A stretch of 64,000 nucleotides of DNA from Bacteroidales bacterium (GCA_041303295.1 JBFYPM010000133.1:5637-69636); one strand, 5' to 3'. Numbered from the stretch's first letter, positions 42,824-52,287 are shown. Notes: generated by a model not told the origin, from the sequence alone. A program made the numbers and translations.

Positions 42824-44518
42824 TTGCGAAAATTTGATTCCATGAGAAGCGGAAACAGAAAAAAGATACTGCTTGTGCCGGCATTGCTTGCCGTAGCCAT
42901 ACTTACATTCGGATTCCTGATGGGCGGCCAGGAGAACAAGGATTTCAAGCTCACCAAGAACCTTGACATTTATATCTCCCTGATCAGGGAACTCAACGCC
43001 TTTTATGTCGATGAGATCGACCCCGAAAAACTGGTACACAAGAGTATAGCCGGGATGCTCTCAACACTTGACCCGTATACCTCGTTCTACCCTGAGGATG
43101 AGACTGAGGATCTCGACTTCATGACCACCGGTAAATATGGAGGGTTTGGCTCTCTGATCAGAAAATCAGGCGATTATATCCTGGTTACAAATGTCTATGA
43201 GGGGTTTCCAGCAGACAAAAGCGGCATCAGGCCAGGCGACATGATGCTCAGCATTGACGGAGTTTCGCTTAAGGGTGTCACCTCTGACAAGGCATCTGAC
43301 ATGCTTAAGGGAGAACCGGGGACCGAGGCGGAGATAATCATCAGACGCAACGGAGAGGAGATGTCAAAGAAGCTCAGGAGGGAGAGAATCTCCATCTCTG
43401 CAGTACCCTATTACGGTATGGTGGATGACAATACAGGCTATATACGCTTTACCAATTTCACCCAAAACTGTATAGCTGAAGTAAGGACAGCGCTTATAGA
43501 CCTTAAGGAAAAACAGGGAGCCGAGGATCTCATACTTGACCTCAGAAGTAATCCCGGCGGCCTGGTCAATGAAGCTGTCGAGATAGTGAACCTCTTCGTC
43601 AGGCCGGGACAGGAGGTTGTAAGCACAAAAGGCAGGGCCAGGCAGTATGATGCCGTCTTCCGCACCACGAAGAGTCCGGTGGCACCTGATATGCCTGTGA
43701 TTGTGCTGATAAACCGTGCTTCCGCTTCAGCTTCCGAGATAGTGGCCGGAGCACTGCAGGATCTGGACCGGGGAATAATCGTGGGTGAAAGATCATTCGG
43801 CAAGGGCCTGGTGCAGGTGGCACGGCCACTTAGCTACAAGGCACAGGTAAAGATCACAACCGCTAAATATTACATCCCTAGCGGCCGGTGCATACAGGCA
43901 GTGGACTTCTCTCATCCCAATGAGGACGGAAGCGTGGGATATATCCCCGATTCGCTTATCAAAACCTTCACTACAAAGAACGGCAGACCCGTAAAGGATG
44001 GCGGTGGAATTATTCCCGATGTGACAGTGGCCTCTGACATGCTCAACCGGTTCACAAGCGAACTATATGTCCAGAACATGATTTTTGATTTTGCTACAGA
44101 GTATTACTGGTCTGCACCTCATCCTGCCGTTCTCGACAGCCTGAAGCTTAATAATGGTGATATTGAGCGCTTTACGACATTTCTCCGTAAGAGGAACTTC
44201 ACTTACAGAACTAATTCCGAGACACTCCTTGATGACCTTGTCACTGCTGCCAGGGAAGAGGAGCTTTACGCTGAGAACATGGAGACGATAGAGAGGCTGA
44301 AGGGAGGCCTCGGCCATACCCTTGATAAGGACATGGCGGCATACCGTAATGACGTAACCGAACTGCTGGAGTCAGAGCTTGCTGGCAGGTATTTTTATGA
44401 TTCGGGAATGGTGCAATATTCACTTTCCCGTGACACCCAGGTGAAAGAGGCGTTGAGAATTGCAGGAGACAGGACCCGTCGCGAGTCGCTGCTTAAGGCT
44501 CCCGCCGCAGTCCGTTAA
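42824..44518 (+). CDS. S41-family C-terminal processing peptidase with PDZ domain
   Basis: PDZ segment (GIRPGDMMLSIDG), DLRSNPGGLVNEA, catalytic Ser region RASASASEIVAGALQD, ERSFGKG. Confidence 0.9.
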   Translation: MRKFDSMRSGNRKKILLVPALLAVAILTFGFLMGGQENKDFKLTKNLDIYISLIRELNAFYVDEIDPEKLVHKSIAGMLSTLDPYTSFYPEDETEDLDFMTTGKYGGFGSLIRKSGDYILVTNVYEGFPADKSGIRPGDMMLSIDGVSLKGVTSDKASDMLKGEPGTEAEIIIRRNGEEMSKKLRRERISISAVPYYGMVDDNTGYIRFTNFTQNCIAEVRTALIDLKEKQGAEDLILDLRSNPGGLVNEAVEIVNLFVRPGQEVVSTKGRARQYDAVFRTTKSPVAPDMPVIVLINRASASASEIVAGALQDLDRGIIVGERSFGKGLVQVARPLSYKAQVKITTAKYYIPSGRCIQAVDFSHPNEDGSVGYIPDSLIKTFTTKNGRPVKDGGGIIPDVTVASDMLNRFTSELYVQNMIFDFATEYYWSAPHPAVLDSLKLNNGDIERFTTFLRKRNFTYRTNSETLLDDLVTAAREEELYAENMETIERLKGGLGHTLDKDMAAYRNDVTELLESELAGRYFYDSGMVQYSLSRDTQVKEALRIAGDRTRRESLLKAPAAVR

Positions 44519-44540
44519 TCGCAGCGCCGCTGTCAGCAGG

Positions 44541-44963
44541 TCAGCAGATCTCTTTCTTCCATACAGGAAGCCGCTCTTTAACCATCTCGAGGGTATGCCG
44601 GCATGCCCGCGTTGCATGATCACGGTGACCTGCGGTAACCATTATGAAGAGTGATGTTTCACCTGTTTTTACCACTCCCGTGGCGTGAACGATGATAACC
44701 TTGTGCACATCGCTGAAGGCTGCCTTAACCGTCTTCACAATCTCATCAACCTCGTTCCCGGCCATGTCGCTGTAAGCGGAATATTCTATTGCCGTGACTC
44801 TGTGGCCGTTGATCTCATCATCCCTTACCCTGCCGATAAATATCGACACGGCCCCAGCGCCGGCATCGTCGTTGCCAAGAGTAAATAGTTCAGAAATTAG
44901 CAGGGGTGTGATTGGCCCCCTGACCAGATACCTGTTTTCCATGTTCAGAATTGAAGATGTCAT
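44541..44963 (-). CDS. moaE: molybdopterin synthase catalytic subunit MoaE
   Basis: GAVSIFIGRVRDD..., HATGVVKTGETSLFIMVTAGHRDHA..., LPVWKKE motifs; ATGA overlap with moaD stop. Confidence 0.85.
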   Translation of the reverse strand: MTSSILNMENRYLVRGPITPLLISELFTLGNDDAGAGAVSIFIGRVRDDEINGHRVTAIEYSAYSDMAGNEVDEIVKTVKAAFSDVHKVIIVHATGVVKTGETSLFIMVTAGHRDHATRACRHTLEMVKERLPVWKKEIC

Positions 44964-45196
44964 CCTCCTTCAAACGGAGGAAGTATTGCAATTATATCGT
45001 TCTCTTTGAGGAGAGACTCTTCCCTGATTAAAACCCTGTTCAGTGCCATCCTGAATGTAAGCTTATTCATTGCCGGATACCGTTCGAGTATATCCCCGCG
45101 AAGTGTGGCAGTATCACCGGCTTCGATCTCTTCTTCAGCCCGTCCGGCTATTTCCATGGCGGCCCCAAAATAGAGTACTTTCACTGTTGCACTCAT
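44960..45196 (-). CDS. moaD: MoaD/ThiS-family sulfur carrier protein
   Basis: About 78-aa beta-grasp-sized protein ending in Gly-Gly (PPFEGG); ATG at 45196 lies 2 nt after the polA stop. Confidence 0.8.
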   Translation of the reverse strand: MSATVKVLYFGAAMEIAGRAEEEIEAGDTATLRGDILERYPAMNKLTFRMALNRVLIREESLLKENDIIAILPPFEGG

Positions 45197-45198
45197 AA

Positions 45199-48126
45199 TC
45201 AATGCGCCTCCAGCCAGTTTTTCCCGGTGCCGGTATCAACCTCCAGCGGCACTTTAAGGTCTGCAGCAGTCTTCATCTCCCTGATGACCATCTCTCTGAG
45301 TTTTTCCACGGAGCCGGTTTCAACCTCGAAGATAAGTTCGTCATGCACCTGCAGTATCATTTTTGCCCCGGGAAGCTCTTTCTCAAGCCTGTCAGCTATT
45401 CTGACCATCGCTATTTTGATAATGTCTGCAGCGCTTCCCTGTAACGGAGCATTTATGGCGTTGCGTTCAGCGTTTCCCCTTACCACCTGGTTTCTCGAAT
45501 GAATATCCGGGAGGTATCGCCTGCGTCCGAACATCGTTGTTACATAGCCTGATTCCCTCGCCCTGTTAATGCTCTCATCCATGTATCTCTTAACGCCCGG
45601 GTAAGAATTGAAATAACCGTCAATAAGTTCTTTGGCCTCTTTCCTTCCGATTGTAAGCCTCTCTGACAGGCCAAAGGCCGAGATGCCGTATATTATGCCG
45701 AAGTTGGCAGTCTTGGCCCTGGATCGCATCTCCCTTGTGACCTCGCTGACAGGTACCCCGAAAATCTTGGATGCAGTCGCAGAATGGATATCCTGCCCTG
45801 AAAGAAAGTCGGCGATCATGTCACTGTCACCGCTCAGGTGTGCCATCAGCCGCAGTTCTATCTGCGAATAGTCGGCACTCAGAAATATCTTGCCGTTTCC
45901 AGGTATAAAAGCCTTGCGGATCTCACGTCCCTCTGCATCACGGACAGGTATGTTCTGAAGGTTCGGGTTGGTGGAGCTAAGCCTGCCTGTTGATGCCACC
46001 GCCTGGTTGTATGTCGTGTGTATCCTTCCTGTATTGGGGTCCATAAGTTCCGGCAGGGCTTCCACATATGTAGACAGCAGTTTCTTAAGTCCCCGGTATT
46101 CAAGTACTTTGTCTATTACCGGGTGCTTGCCGGTGAGACGTTGAAGTACCTCCTCGTCTGTACGGAATTGCCTGGTCTTCGTCAGACGTGCCTTGTCATC
46201 GAGGCGCAGTCTGACAAAAAGTATCTCCCCGAGCTGCTTTGGTGAGGATATGTTGAATTCCTGGCCGGCAAGGGTATAGATCTCCTGCTCAAGCCTTAAG
46301 ATCGTTTCGCGAAGGGTGACGGCATAATTCTTAAGCACACTTTCGTCTATCCTGATGCCCTCGCGCTCCATTGCAGCCAGTACGCTTATCAGGGGCATCT
46401 CTATCTCTTCAGCAAGCTTCGTCAGTCCCTCTTTTTTCAGCAACGGTTCGAAGATCTCCATGAGCTGCCATGTAACGTCGGCGTCCTCAACAGAATACTC
46501 CTTCACCTTATCCTTATCAACATCGCGCATGTTTTTCTGCCTGGGACCTCGTTCACCTATAAGCTCCTCTATGTGAACGGGTTCATATCCGAGGTATTTT
46601 GCAGCCAGAAGATCCATATTGTGGCGCATGTCCGGCTCCAGCAGGTAGTGTGCCATCATGGTGTCAAACAGGGTCCCCTTTACCCTGATGCCGTAACCTG
46701 AAAGCACCTGTATGTCGAACTTCAGGTTCTGCCCGGTTTTTCTGATTGACTGGTTCTCAAAGACAGGACGTAAAGGCTCCAGGAGATCCTCTGCGACGCT
46801 TCTGTCAGGAGGGATCCACAGGAGTGTGCCGGTGCCTTTCTCCCACGAGAACGCTACTGCCACCAGCTGGGTGTTCAGGGGGTCAAGGGAGGTGGTTTCG
46901 GTGTCAAAGCAGAAGTTGCTGAGAGTTGACAGTTTTGCTGCCAGCACCGCTGACTGGTCTTGTGTTTCGGCGATGGAATAATTATGCGGGGTAGTATTAA
47001 TGGTTGCCAGGGATACTCCTTCAGAAGCGGCGGTTTCCCCGAAGAGGTTACCCTGTCTCTCCGCTGACTGCTGTCGCAACGGGGCAAAAAATTCCGGTTC
47101 TGACGGCTCGTAAGCTGGTGTTGCAGATGATGGCAAGAGTTCGCTGTCACGCCTGGCAGAAGCTGTTGCTTGCGTTTCTGACGCCGTGGCGGGTTCCGGT
47201 GCGGGTGTGCCGGCGGGTGAGGCTGATGTTTGGGGCCGGCTTCCGGGAGAGGGAAGACGCGATGCCAGGGTACGGAATTCGAGCTCCTCATAAAGACGGC
47301 GAAGTGCATCTGTGTCAATCTCCCTGCGATGAAGATCTGTATGCCTGAATTCCACCGGTACATTTTGTTCTATGGTCGCCAGACGCTTCGAAAGCAGTAT
47401 CTGTTCCCTGTTTTGTTCCAGGATTTCCTTTTGCCGGCCTGCGAGTTCTGATGTCTTGCCAAGGAGGGTCTCAATGCTTCCGTGCTCACTGATGAGCTTG
47501 CAGGCCGTCTTTGGGCCTATTCCGGGAGCGCCGGGAATATTATCCGAAGAATCGCCCATCAAACCGAGCAGATCGGTGATATTTCCGGGAGCAACCCCAT
47601 ACTCCCTAATGATCTCCTTCTCTCCCCAGATCTCTGCCTCTCCGCCACCCCTGCCGGGCCTGTACATGACCACCCTGTCAGTTACAAGCTGTGCAAAATC
47701 CTTGTCCGGCGTCATCATGAATGCGGTGTAACCTTCTTCTGAAGCTTTCCGAGCCAGGGTACCAATCACATCATCAGCCTCAAAACCAGGTACCTCAATG
47801 ACGGGAATGTGATAGGCATCAAGTAGCCGTTTGATGTAGGGAACGGCTATCTTAATATCCTCGGGAGTTGCGTCACGGTTGGCCTTGTAGGCCGGATACA
47901 TCTCGTTCCTGAACGTGGGACCGGGAGGATCAAAGACAACGGCAATATGTGTCGGTTTCTGTCTTGTAAGCAGATCTTCAAGGGTAAGGAGAAAGCCGAA
48001 CACAGCAGAGGTGTTCATCCCCTTTGATGTCACCCGCGGGTTCTTGATGAATGCATAATATGATCTGAAGATCAGGGCATACGCATCAAGCAGAAAAAGC
48101 CTTTTATCGTTATCTGTCACTGTCAC
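45199..48126 (-). CDS. polA: DNA polymerase I
   Basis: 5'-3' exonuclease N-terminus (LFLLDAYALIFRSYYAF), 3'-5' exo domain, polymerase motifs A (ADYSQIELR), B (RSRAKTANFGIIYG), C (QVHDE); GTG start overlapping queD stop (GTGA). Confidence 0.97.
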   Translation of the reverse strand: MTVTDNDKRLFLLDAYALIFRSYYAFIKNPRVTSKGMNTSAVFGFLLTLEDLLTRQKPTHIAVVFDPPGPTFRNEMYPAYKANRDATPEDIKIAVPYIKRLLDAYHIPVIEVPGFEADDVIGTLARKASEEGYTAFMMTPDKDFAQLVTDRVVMYRPGRGGGEAEIWGEKEIIREYGVAPGNITDLLGLMGDSSDNIPGAPGIGPKTACKLISEHGSIETLLGKTSELAGRQKEILEQNREQILLSKRLATIEQNVPVEFRHTDLHRREIDTDALRRLYEELEFRTLASRLPSPGSRPQTSASPAGTPAPEPATASETQATASARRDSELLPSSATPAYEPSEPEFFAPLRQQSAERQGNLFGETAASEGVSLATINTTPHNYSIAETQDQSAVLAAKLSTLSNFCFDTETTSLDPLNTQLVAVAFSWEKGTGTLLWIPPDRSVAEDLLEPLRPVFENQSIRKTGQNLKFDIQVLSGYGIRVKGTLFDTMMAHYLLEPDMRHNMDLLAAKYLGYEPVHIEELIGERGPRQKNMRDVDKDKVKEYSVEDADVTWQLMEIFEPLLKKEGLTKLAEEIEMPLISVLAAMEREGIRIDESVLKNYAVTLRETILRLEQEIYTLAGQEFNISSPKQLGEILFVRLRLDDKARLTKTRQFRTDEEVLQRLTGKHPVIDKVLEYRGLKKLLSTYVEALPELMDPNTGRIHTTYNQAVASTGRLSSTNPNLQNIPVRDAEGREIRKAFIPGNGKIFLSADYSQIELRLMAHLSGDSDMIADFLSGQDIHSATASKIFGVPVSEVTREMRSRAKTANFGIIYGISAFGLSERLTIGRKEAKELIDGYFNSYPGVKRYMDESINRARESGYVTTMFGRRRYLPDIHSRNQVVRGNAERNAINAPLQGSAADIIKIAMVRIADRLEKELPGAKMILQVHDELIFEVETGSVEKLREMVIREMKTAADLKVPLEVDTGTGKNWLEAH

Positions 48127-48572
48127 TGGTTGTCAGATGCATGCCACTCGGCAAAAGCGGTGGCTGTTTCATATAGCTTTATGCTGTGCAGCCCGACTCC
48201 GGAGGGGGCCTTGCCTTTTAAAATGGAGGCAATGTCAGCCACAATGTTCTCGCAGGTTGGCTGGTAGGCTGAGACTATGACATTACCGAAATGCTTCCGG
48301 TAGATCTCAATCGACTCCGCAGGGGCAAAAGCGGATATCATCAGGGCATGATCAAACCTGTCAACCACATGCTCCCGGACAATCTTCTTCATGTCTCCAA
48401 AGTCAATCACCATGCCGTTACGCGAATTATCGGGATCATTCACCGGCTCACCGGTGTAGGTGACATACAGTATGTAGGAGTGCCCGTGGACATTACGGCA
48501 GGGACCGTCATAATTCCACAGCGCATGAGCCATCTCAAAACGAAACTCCTTTGTTACTCGGATTATGGCCAT
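48123..48572 (-). CDS. queD: 6-carboxy-5,6,7,8-tetrahydropterin synthase (QueD/PTPS family)
   Basis: FRFEMAHAL...CRNVHGHSY (Cys plus His zinc/catalytic motif), DH..L; ATG at 48572 preferred because a TActTTTG box overlaps the TTG at 48596. Confidence 0.85.
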   Translation of the reverse strand: MAIIRVTKEFRFEMAHALWNYDGPCRNVHGHSYILYVTYTGEPVNDPDNSRNGMVIDFGDMKKIVREHVVDRFDHALMISAFAPAESIEIYRKHFGNVIVSAYQPTCENIVADIASILKGKAPSGVGLHSIKLYETATAFAEWHASDNQ

Positions 48573-48593
48573 TGATTGAGTTGTTAGTATCCG

Positions 48594-48601
48594 CAAAAGT
48601 A
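48594..48601 (-). promoter_or_regulatory. -7 box TActTTTG (queD-polA-moaDE string)
   Basis: 22 nt upstream of queD ATG 48572. Confidence 0.45.
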
Positions 48602-48684
48602 AACTAATTAACAGGATTTTTGTTTACGGCGAGATTTCTCACTGATATTTATGATGTTCAAGGTCATACAAATAAATTTAAGCG

Positions 48685-48692
48685 TACCTTTG
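48685..48692 (+). promoter_or_regulatory. -7 box TAccTTTG (acyl-CoA synthetase gene)
   Basis: 23 nt upstream of ATG 48715. Confidence 0.45.
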
Positions 48693-48714
48693 CACCCTAA
48701 TTAAATAATAACCA

Positions 48715-50355
48715 ATGGATAACAATCAGATGCTGACTATCCCATTCCTTGCCGGAGAGAGCTTTAGAAAGCACGGAGAGAACAAGGCTATGGGTTTTGT
48801 GGGAGAAGAGGTTATTAGCTATAACCAGCTTAAAAACAGAACCGACGCGGTAATACGTCTGCTTGAAGAGTATTCAGTTCAGCCGGGTGATAAGGTGGCC
48901 ATTCTCAGCGGCAGCATGCCGAACTGGGGAGTCATATACCTGGCTGTAACATCAATGGGTGCGGTTGCGGTTCCAATCCTTCCTGACTTTTCTGCGGGAG
49001 AGGTGGCAAACGTACTGGTCCATTCGGGCACCAAGGTTCTGTTTGTATCCTCCAGCCTCAACCAGAAGGTTGCCGGGTTCAAATCTGAAACCCTCGAGAC
49101 AATCATCACGGCCGATGATTTTACAGTCATCTCAGGTGACAGGGGAAAAGGGTTTAACCCTGAATTTAAACCGCTGCGCGAGTACAGGGTATCAGAAGAA
49201 GATCTTGCTGTTATAATATATACCTCGGGAACCACAGGCAAGTCAAAGGGGGTAATGCTCACCCACCGCAATATATGCTTCACCGCCACAAAGGTTTTAA
49301 CAATCCAGAAGGTGGTGGATACGGATGTCTTCCTCTCTATTCTTCCTCTGTCTCATACATATGAGCAGACGCTGGGTCTGGTTTTACCGCTGTTCAACGG
49401 AGCTGCAATTTATTATCTCCGGAAGGCACCCGTGCCTTCCGTATTGCTTCCGGCACTTGAGCAGGTGAGACCTACCACCATGCTTACAGTACCTTTGATA
49501 ATGGAGAAGATATATTTCAACAAGATTGTGCCCACCTTCAGCAAAAATAAGATCGTTTCATTCCTTTATCACAAGACCCCTGCAAGGAAGCTTCTCAATA
49601 AGATTGCCGGCAAGAAGATATATAAAACCTTCGGAGGCAGACTCAGGTTCTTTGGCATCGGCGGGGCAAAACTTAATCCTACGGTTGAAAAGTTTCTCCT
49701 TGACGCAGGTTTTCCGTATGCGATCGGTTACGGACTGACGGAGACATCTCCCCTGCTCGCAGGGACCAAAGTGGGGTCATGCCGGCTGGGATCAACCGGT
49801 CCTGCCATGGAGGGAGTGACACTTAAAATTAATAATCCCGACCCTGTTACCGGAGAAGGTGAAGTATGGGCCAGGGGTGACAATGTTATGAAGGGTTACT
49901 ACAAGGAGCCGGCGATGTCAGCCGAAGTTCTGACACCGGACGGATGGTTCCGTACAGGTGACCTGGGTGTAATTGACGGGCAAAATTACCTGAGCATCAA
50001 GGGGAGACTTAAAAACATGATCGTCGGTTCGAGCGGTGAAAATATCTATCCTGAAGAGATTGAGTCGGTTATCAACGACTTCGGTCATGTGATTGAGTCG
50101 CTTGTTGTACAGCAGAAGGGCAAACTGGTTGCAATGGTACATGTCAATATAGAAGAGCTGCAGGTCAAATACCAGCAGATGAAGAAAGACTTTACCGACC
50201 AGGCTGAACTGATGATTGATGAGTACCTCGAAGAACTACGCAGGTATGTAAACTCAAAGGTCAACAGGTATAGCCAGCTCCAGCTGGTTGTCTATCAGCC
50301 TGAGCCCTTCCAGAAGACAGCCACCCTCAAGATAAAGAGATTCCTCTATTACTGA
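48715..50355 (+). CDS. AMP-dependent acyl-CoA synthetase (long-chain-fatty-acid--CoA ligase-like)
   Basis: AMP-binding motif YTSGTTGKSKGV, GYGLTETS, TGDLG, later KGRLKNM. Confidence 0.9.
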   Translation: MDNNQMLTIPFLAGESFRKHGENKAMGFVGEEVISYNQLKNRTDAVIRLLEEYSVQPGDKVAILSGSMPNWGVIYLAVTSMGAVAVPILPDFSAGEVANVLVHSGTKVLFVSSSLNQKVAGFKSETLETIITADDFTVISGDRGKGFNPEFKPLREYRVSEEDLAVIIYTSGTTGKSKGVMLTHRNICFTATKVLTIQKVVDTDVFLSILPLSHTYEQTLGLVLPLFNGAAIYYLRKAPVPSVLLPALEQVRPTTMLTVPLIMEKIYFNKIVPTFSKNKIVSFLYHKTPARKLLNKIAGKKIYKTFGGRLRFFGIGGAKLNPTVEKFLLDAGFPYAIGYGLTETSPLLAGTKVGSCRLGSTGPAMEGVTLKINNPDPVTGEGEVWARGDNVMKGYYKEPAMSAEVLTPDGWFRTGDLGVIDGQNYLSIKGRLKNMIVGSSGENIYPEEIESVINDFGHVIESLVVQQKGKLVAMVHVNIEELQVKYQQMKKDFTDQAELMIDEYLEELRRYVNSKVNRYSQLQLVVYQPEPFQKTATLKIKRFLYY

Positions 50356-50426
50356 TTCCCGCATTTGTCCGGCCGTCCTGAAGAGCATCAATCTCCTGAT
50401 CACCGGTGTGTCTGAAGTTTTTTTAC

Positions 50427-50434
50427 TATTTTTG
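50427..50434 (+). promoter_or_regulatory. -7 box TAttTTTG (lspA)
   Basis: 19 nt upstream of ATG 50453. Confidence 0.45.
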
Positions 50435-50452
50435 CGGCCTAAATGTTAACTG

Positions 50453-51061
50453 ATGTCCGCCAGAAACAAAGCACTGCTTCTGATTTTTTCAATCCTGTTC
50501 GTTGACCAGGTTCTGAAGATCATCATTAAGACCCACATGGTCATTGGTGAAGAGATACCCGTGCTGGGTAACTGGTTCATGATACACTTCCTTGAGAACA
50601 ACGGCATGGCCTTCGGGATGGAATGGGGCGGAAAGACGGGGAAAGTGGCTCTTTCAATATTCAGGATGGTGGCAATAGCAGGAATTTCGTGGTACCTTAG
50701 AAGTATAATCATTAAGAATGCAAGTACAGGTCTGATACTTTCGGTTAGCGCCATAATTGCAGGAGCGGCAGGAAACCTAATTGACAGTGCTTTTTACGGG
50801 ATGATATTCAGCGAGAGCTGGCATACCCCGGCAGTACTGTTCCCCGACGGCGGCGGATATTCCTCGTTCCTTCACGGAAGGGTGGTGGATATGTTCTACT
50901 TTCCGCTGATAGACACCTACTGGCCTGACTGGTCACCGATCAAACCCGGACAGTCATTCATTTTCTTCAGGCCTGTTTTTAATATTGCCGACGCATCAAT
51001 AACAACCGGCGTTCTTGCAATACTCCTCTTTCAGAAAAGATTTCTTGAAGATCATAAGTGA
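50453..51061 (+). CDS. lspA: lipoprotein signal peptidase (signal peptidase II)
   Basis: Four TM helices, ENNGMAFG, GNLIDS, FNIADASI catalytic Asp motifs. Confidence 0.9.
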   Translation: MSARNKALLLIFSILFVDQVLKIIIKTHMVIGEEIPVLGNWFMIHFLENNGMAFGMEWGGKTGKVALSIFRMVAIAGISWYLRSIIIKNASTGLILSVSAIIAGAAGNLIDSAFYGMIFSESWHTPAVLFPDGGGYSSFLHGRVVDMFYFPLIDTYWPDWSPIKPGQSFIFFRPVFNIADASITTGVLAILLFQKRFLEDHK

Positions 51062-51089
51062 TCATTGATTAACAGAGTCTGCCGCCCTC

Positions 51090-51124
51090 AGTCTACAGTC
51101 TACAGTCTACAGTCCTCAGTCAAT
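51090..51124. repeat. 7-bp tandem array AGTCTAC x3, AGTCCTC, AGTCAAT
   Basis: AGTC recurs at 51090, 51097, 51104, 51111, 51118. Confidence 0.9.
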
Positions 51125-51136
51125 CAATAAGTTAGT

Positions 51137-51227
51137 GACTGGCGATTGCCGATTACCTACTGAGGACTTGCTATTGCCTATTGCCTACTGCCTACTGCCT
51201 GAGAGGACTGCCGACTGGTCTGATTCC
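51137..51227. repeat. 13 consecutive heptads, consensus kAyTGCC (includes TATTGCC x2, TACTGCC x2)
   Basis: Read directly; reverse complement gives GGCAGTA/GGCAATA/..AGTC words shared with 14611-14688 and 54675-54729. Confidence 0.9.
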
Positions 51228-51282
51228 TCATCATTCAAGTAGCCAGAAGCCGTGAAATAGGTTCAGATTCCACATTTTGTCT

Positions 51283-51290
51283 TATTTTTG
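51283..51290 (+). promoter_or_regulatory. -7 box TAttTTTG (polyprenyl synthase gene)
   Basis: 23 nt upstream of ATG 51313. Confidence 0.45.
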
Positions 51291-51312
51291 AGGGAATTAC
51301 CTTCTGCATAAG

Positions 51313-52287
51313 ATGGCAGCCCTCTCCGATATAAAGAAACCTGTTGCAGCAGAGATGCGCGAGTTTGAAGCATACTTCAACCGTACCCTGCAGAGTGACA
51401 TCCCCTTCTTTCATATCATACTGAACATAATTATCCGAAGAAAAGGCAAGCAGATGAGGCCGTTGCTCGTCTTCCTAACGGCAAAACTTAACGGAACGAT
51501 TAACGAAACCACCTATGTTGCCGCTACCTTCATTGAGCTACTGCATACCGCCACACTCGTACATGACGATGTGGTTGATGATGCCTCGGAGAGACGCGGA
51601 TTGCCGTCAATAAATGTGCTTTATAATTCAAAGATTGCTGTTCTTCTGGGTGACTACCTGCTTGCCCAGGGTCTCCTCATAAGTGTCGAAAAACAGAGAT
51701 TCGACATGCTCGGCATAGTCTCCGATGCTGTTAAAGAGATCGTAAAGGGTGAGCTGGTGCAGCTTCAGAAGACCCGCAAGCTGGATTTAAAGGAGGAGGA
51801 CTACTTCCGGATTATCAGGATGAAGACCGCCGCCCTCATCTCAGCATGCACCGCCTGCGGGGCCAGCTCCGTCACTGACGATAAAGGGACGATTGCCCGA
51901 ATGAAAGAGTTCGGAGAAAATCTCGGCGTGGCATTTCAGATCAAGGATGATCTGCTTGATTATACCGGCGACGGACTTACAGGCAAACGGGAGGGAAATG
52001 ATATCAAGGAGAAAAAAATCACACTTCCGCTTATACATGCCCTCAGACAGGCCAGCCCCTTGAAGAGAAGACATATAATCAGGCTTTTAAGAAGAAAGAA
52101 AAAGGGCAGAAAGGAGATCAGCGAGGTAATCGCATTCGTAAAAGATCATAAAGGCCTTGAATATGCCGGGGCAAAAATGAGGGAGTACTCTGACAAGGCG
52201 TTGATCATTCTGGAGACATATCCCGATTCCGAAATAAAGTCAGCATTAATCGAATTTGTAATATTTTCAACCCTTAGAAAAAAATGA
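51313..52287 (+). CDS. polyprenyl diphosphate synthase (IspB-like)
   Basis: First DDxxD block LVHDDVVDD, second FQIKDDLLD. Confidence 0.9.
   Translation: MAALSDIKKPVAAEMREFEAYFNRTLQSDIPFFHIILNIIIRRKGKQMRPLLVFLTAKLNGTINETTYVAATFIELLHTATLVHDDVVDDASERRGLPSINVLYNSKIAVLLGDYLLAQGLLISVEKQRFDMLGIVSDAVKEIVKGELVQLQKTRKLDLKEEDYFRIIRMKTAALISACTACGASSVTDDKGTIARMKEFGENLGVAFQIKDDLLDYTGDGLTGKREGNDIKEKKITLPLIHALRQASPLKRRHIIRLLRRKKKGRKEISEVIAFVKDHKGLEYAGAKMREYSDKALIILETYPDSEIKSALIEFVIFSTLRKK

Noticed and set aside
46875-47363. 162-aa and 114-aa ORFs overlapping polA
   Set aside because: They coincide with the low-complexity PolA linker and its flanks. PolA reads through without interruption.
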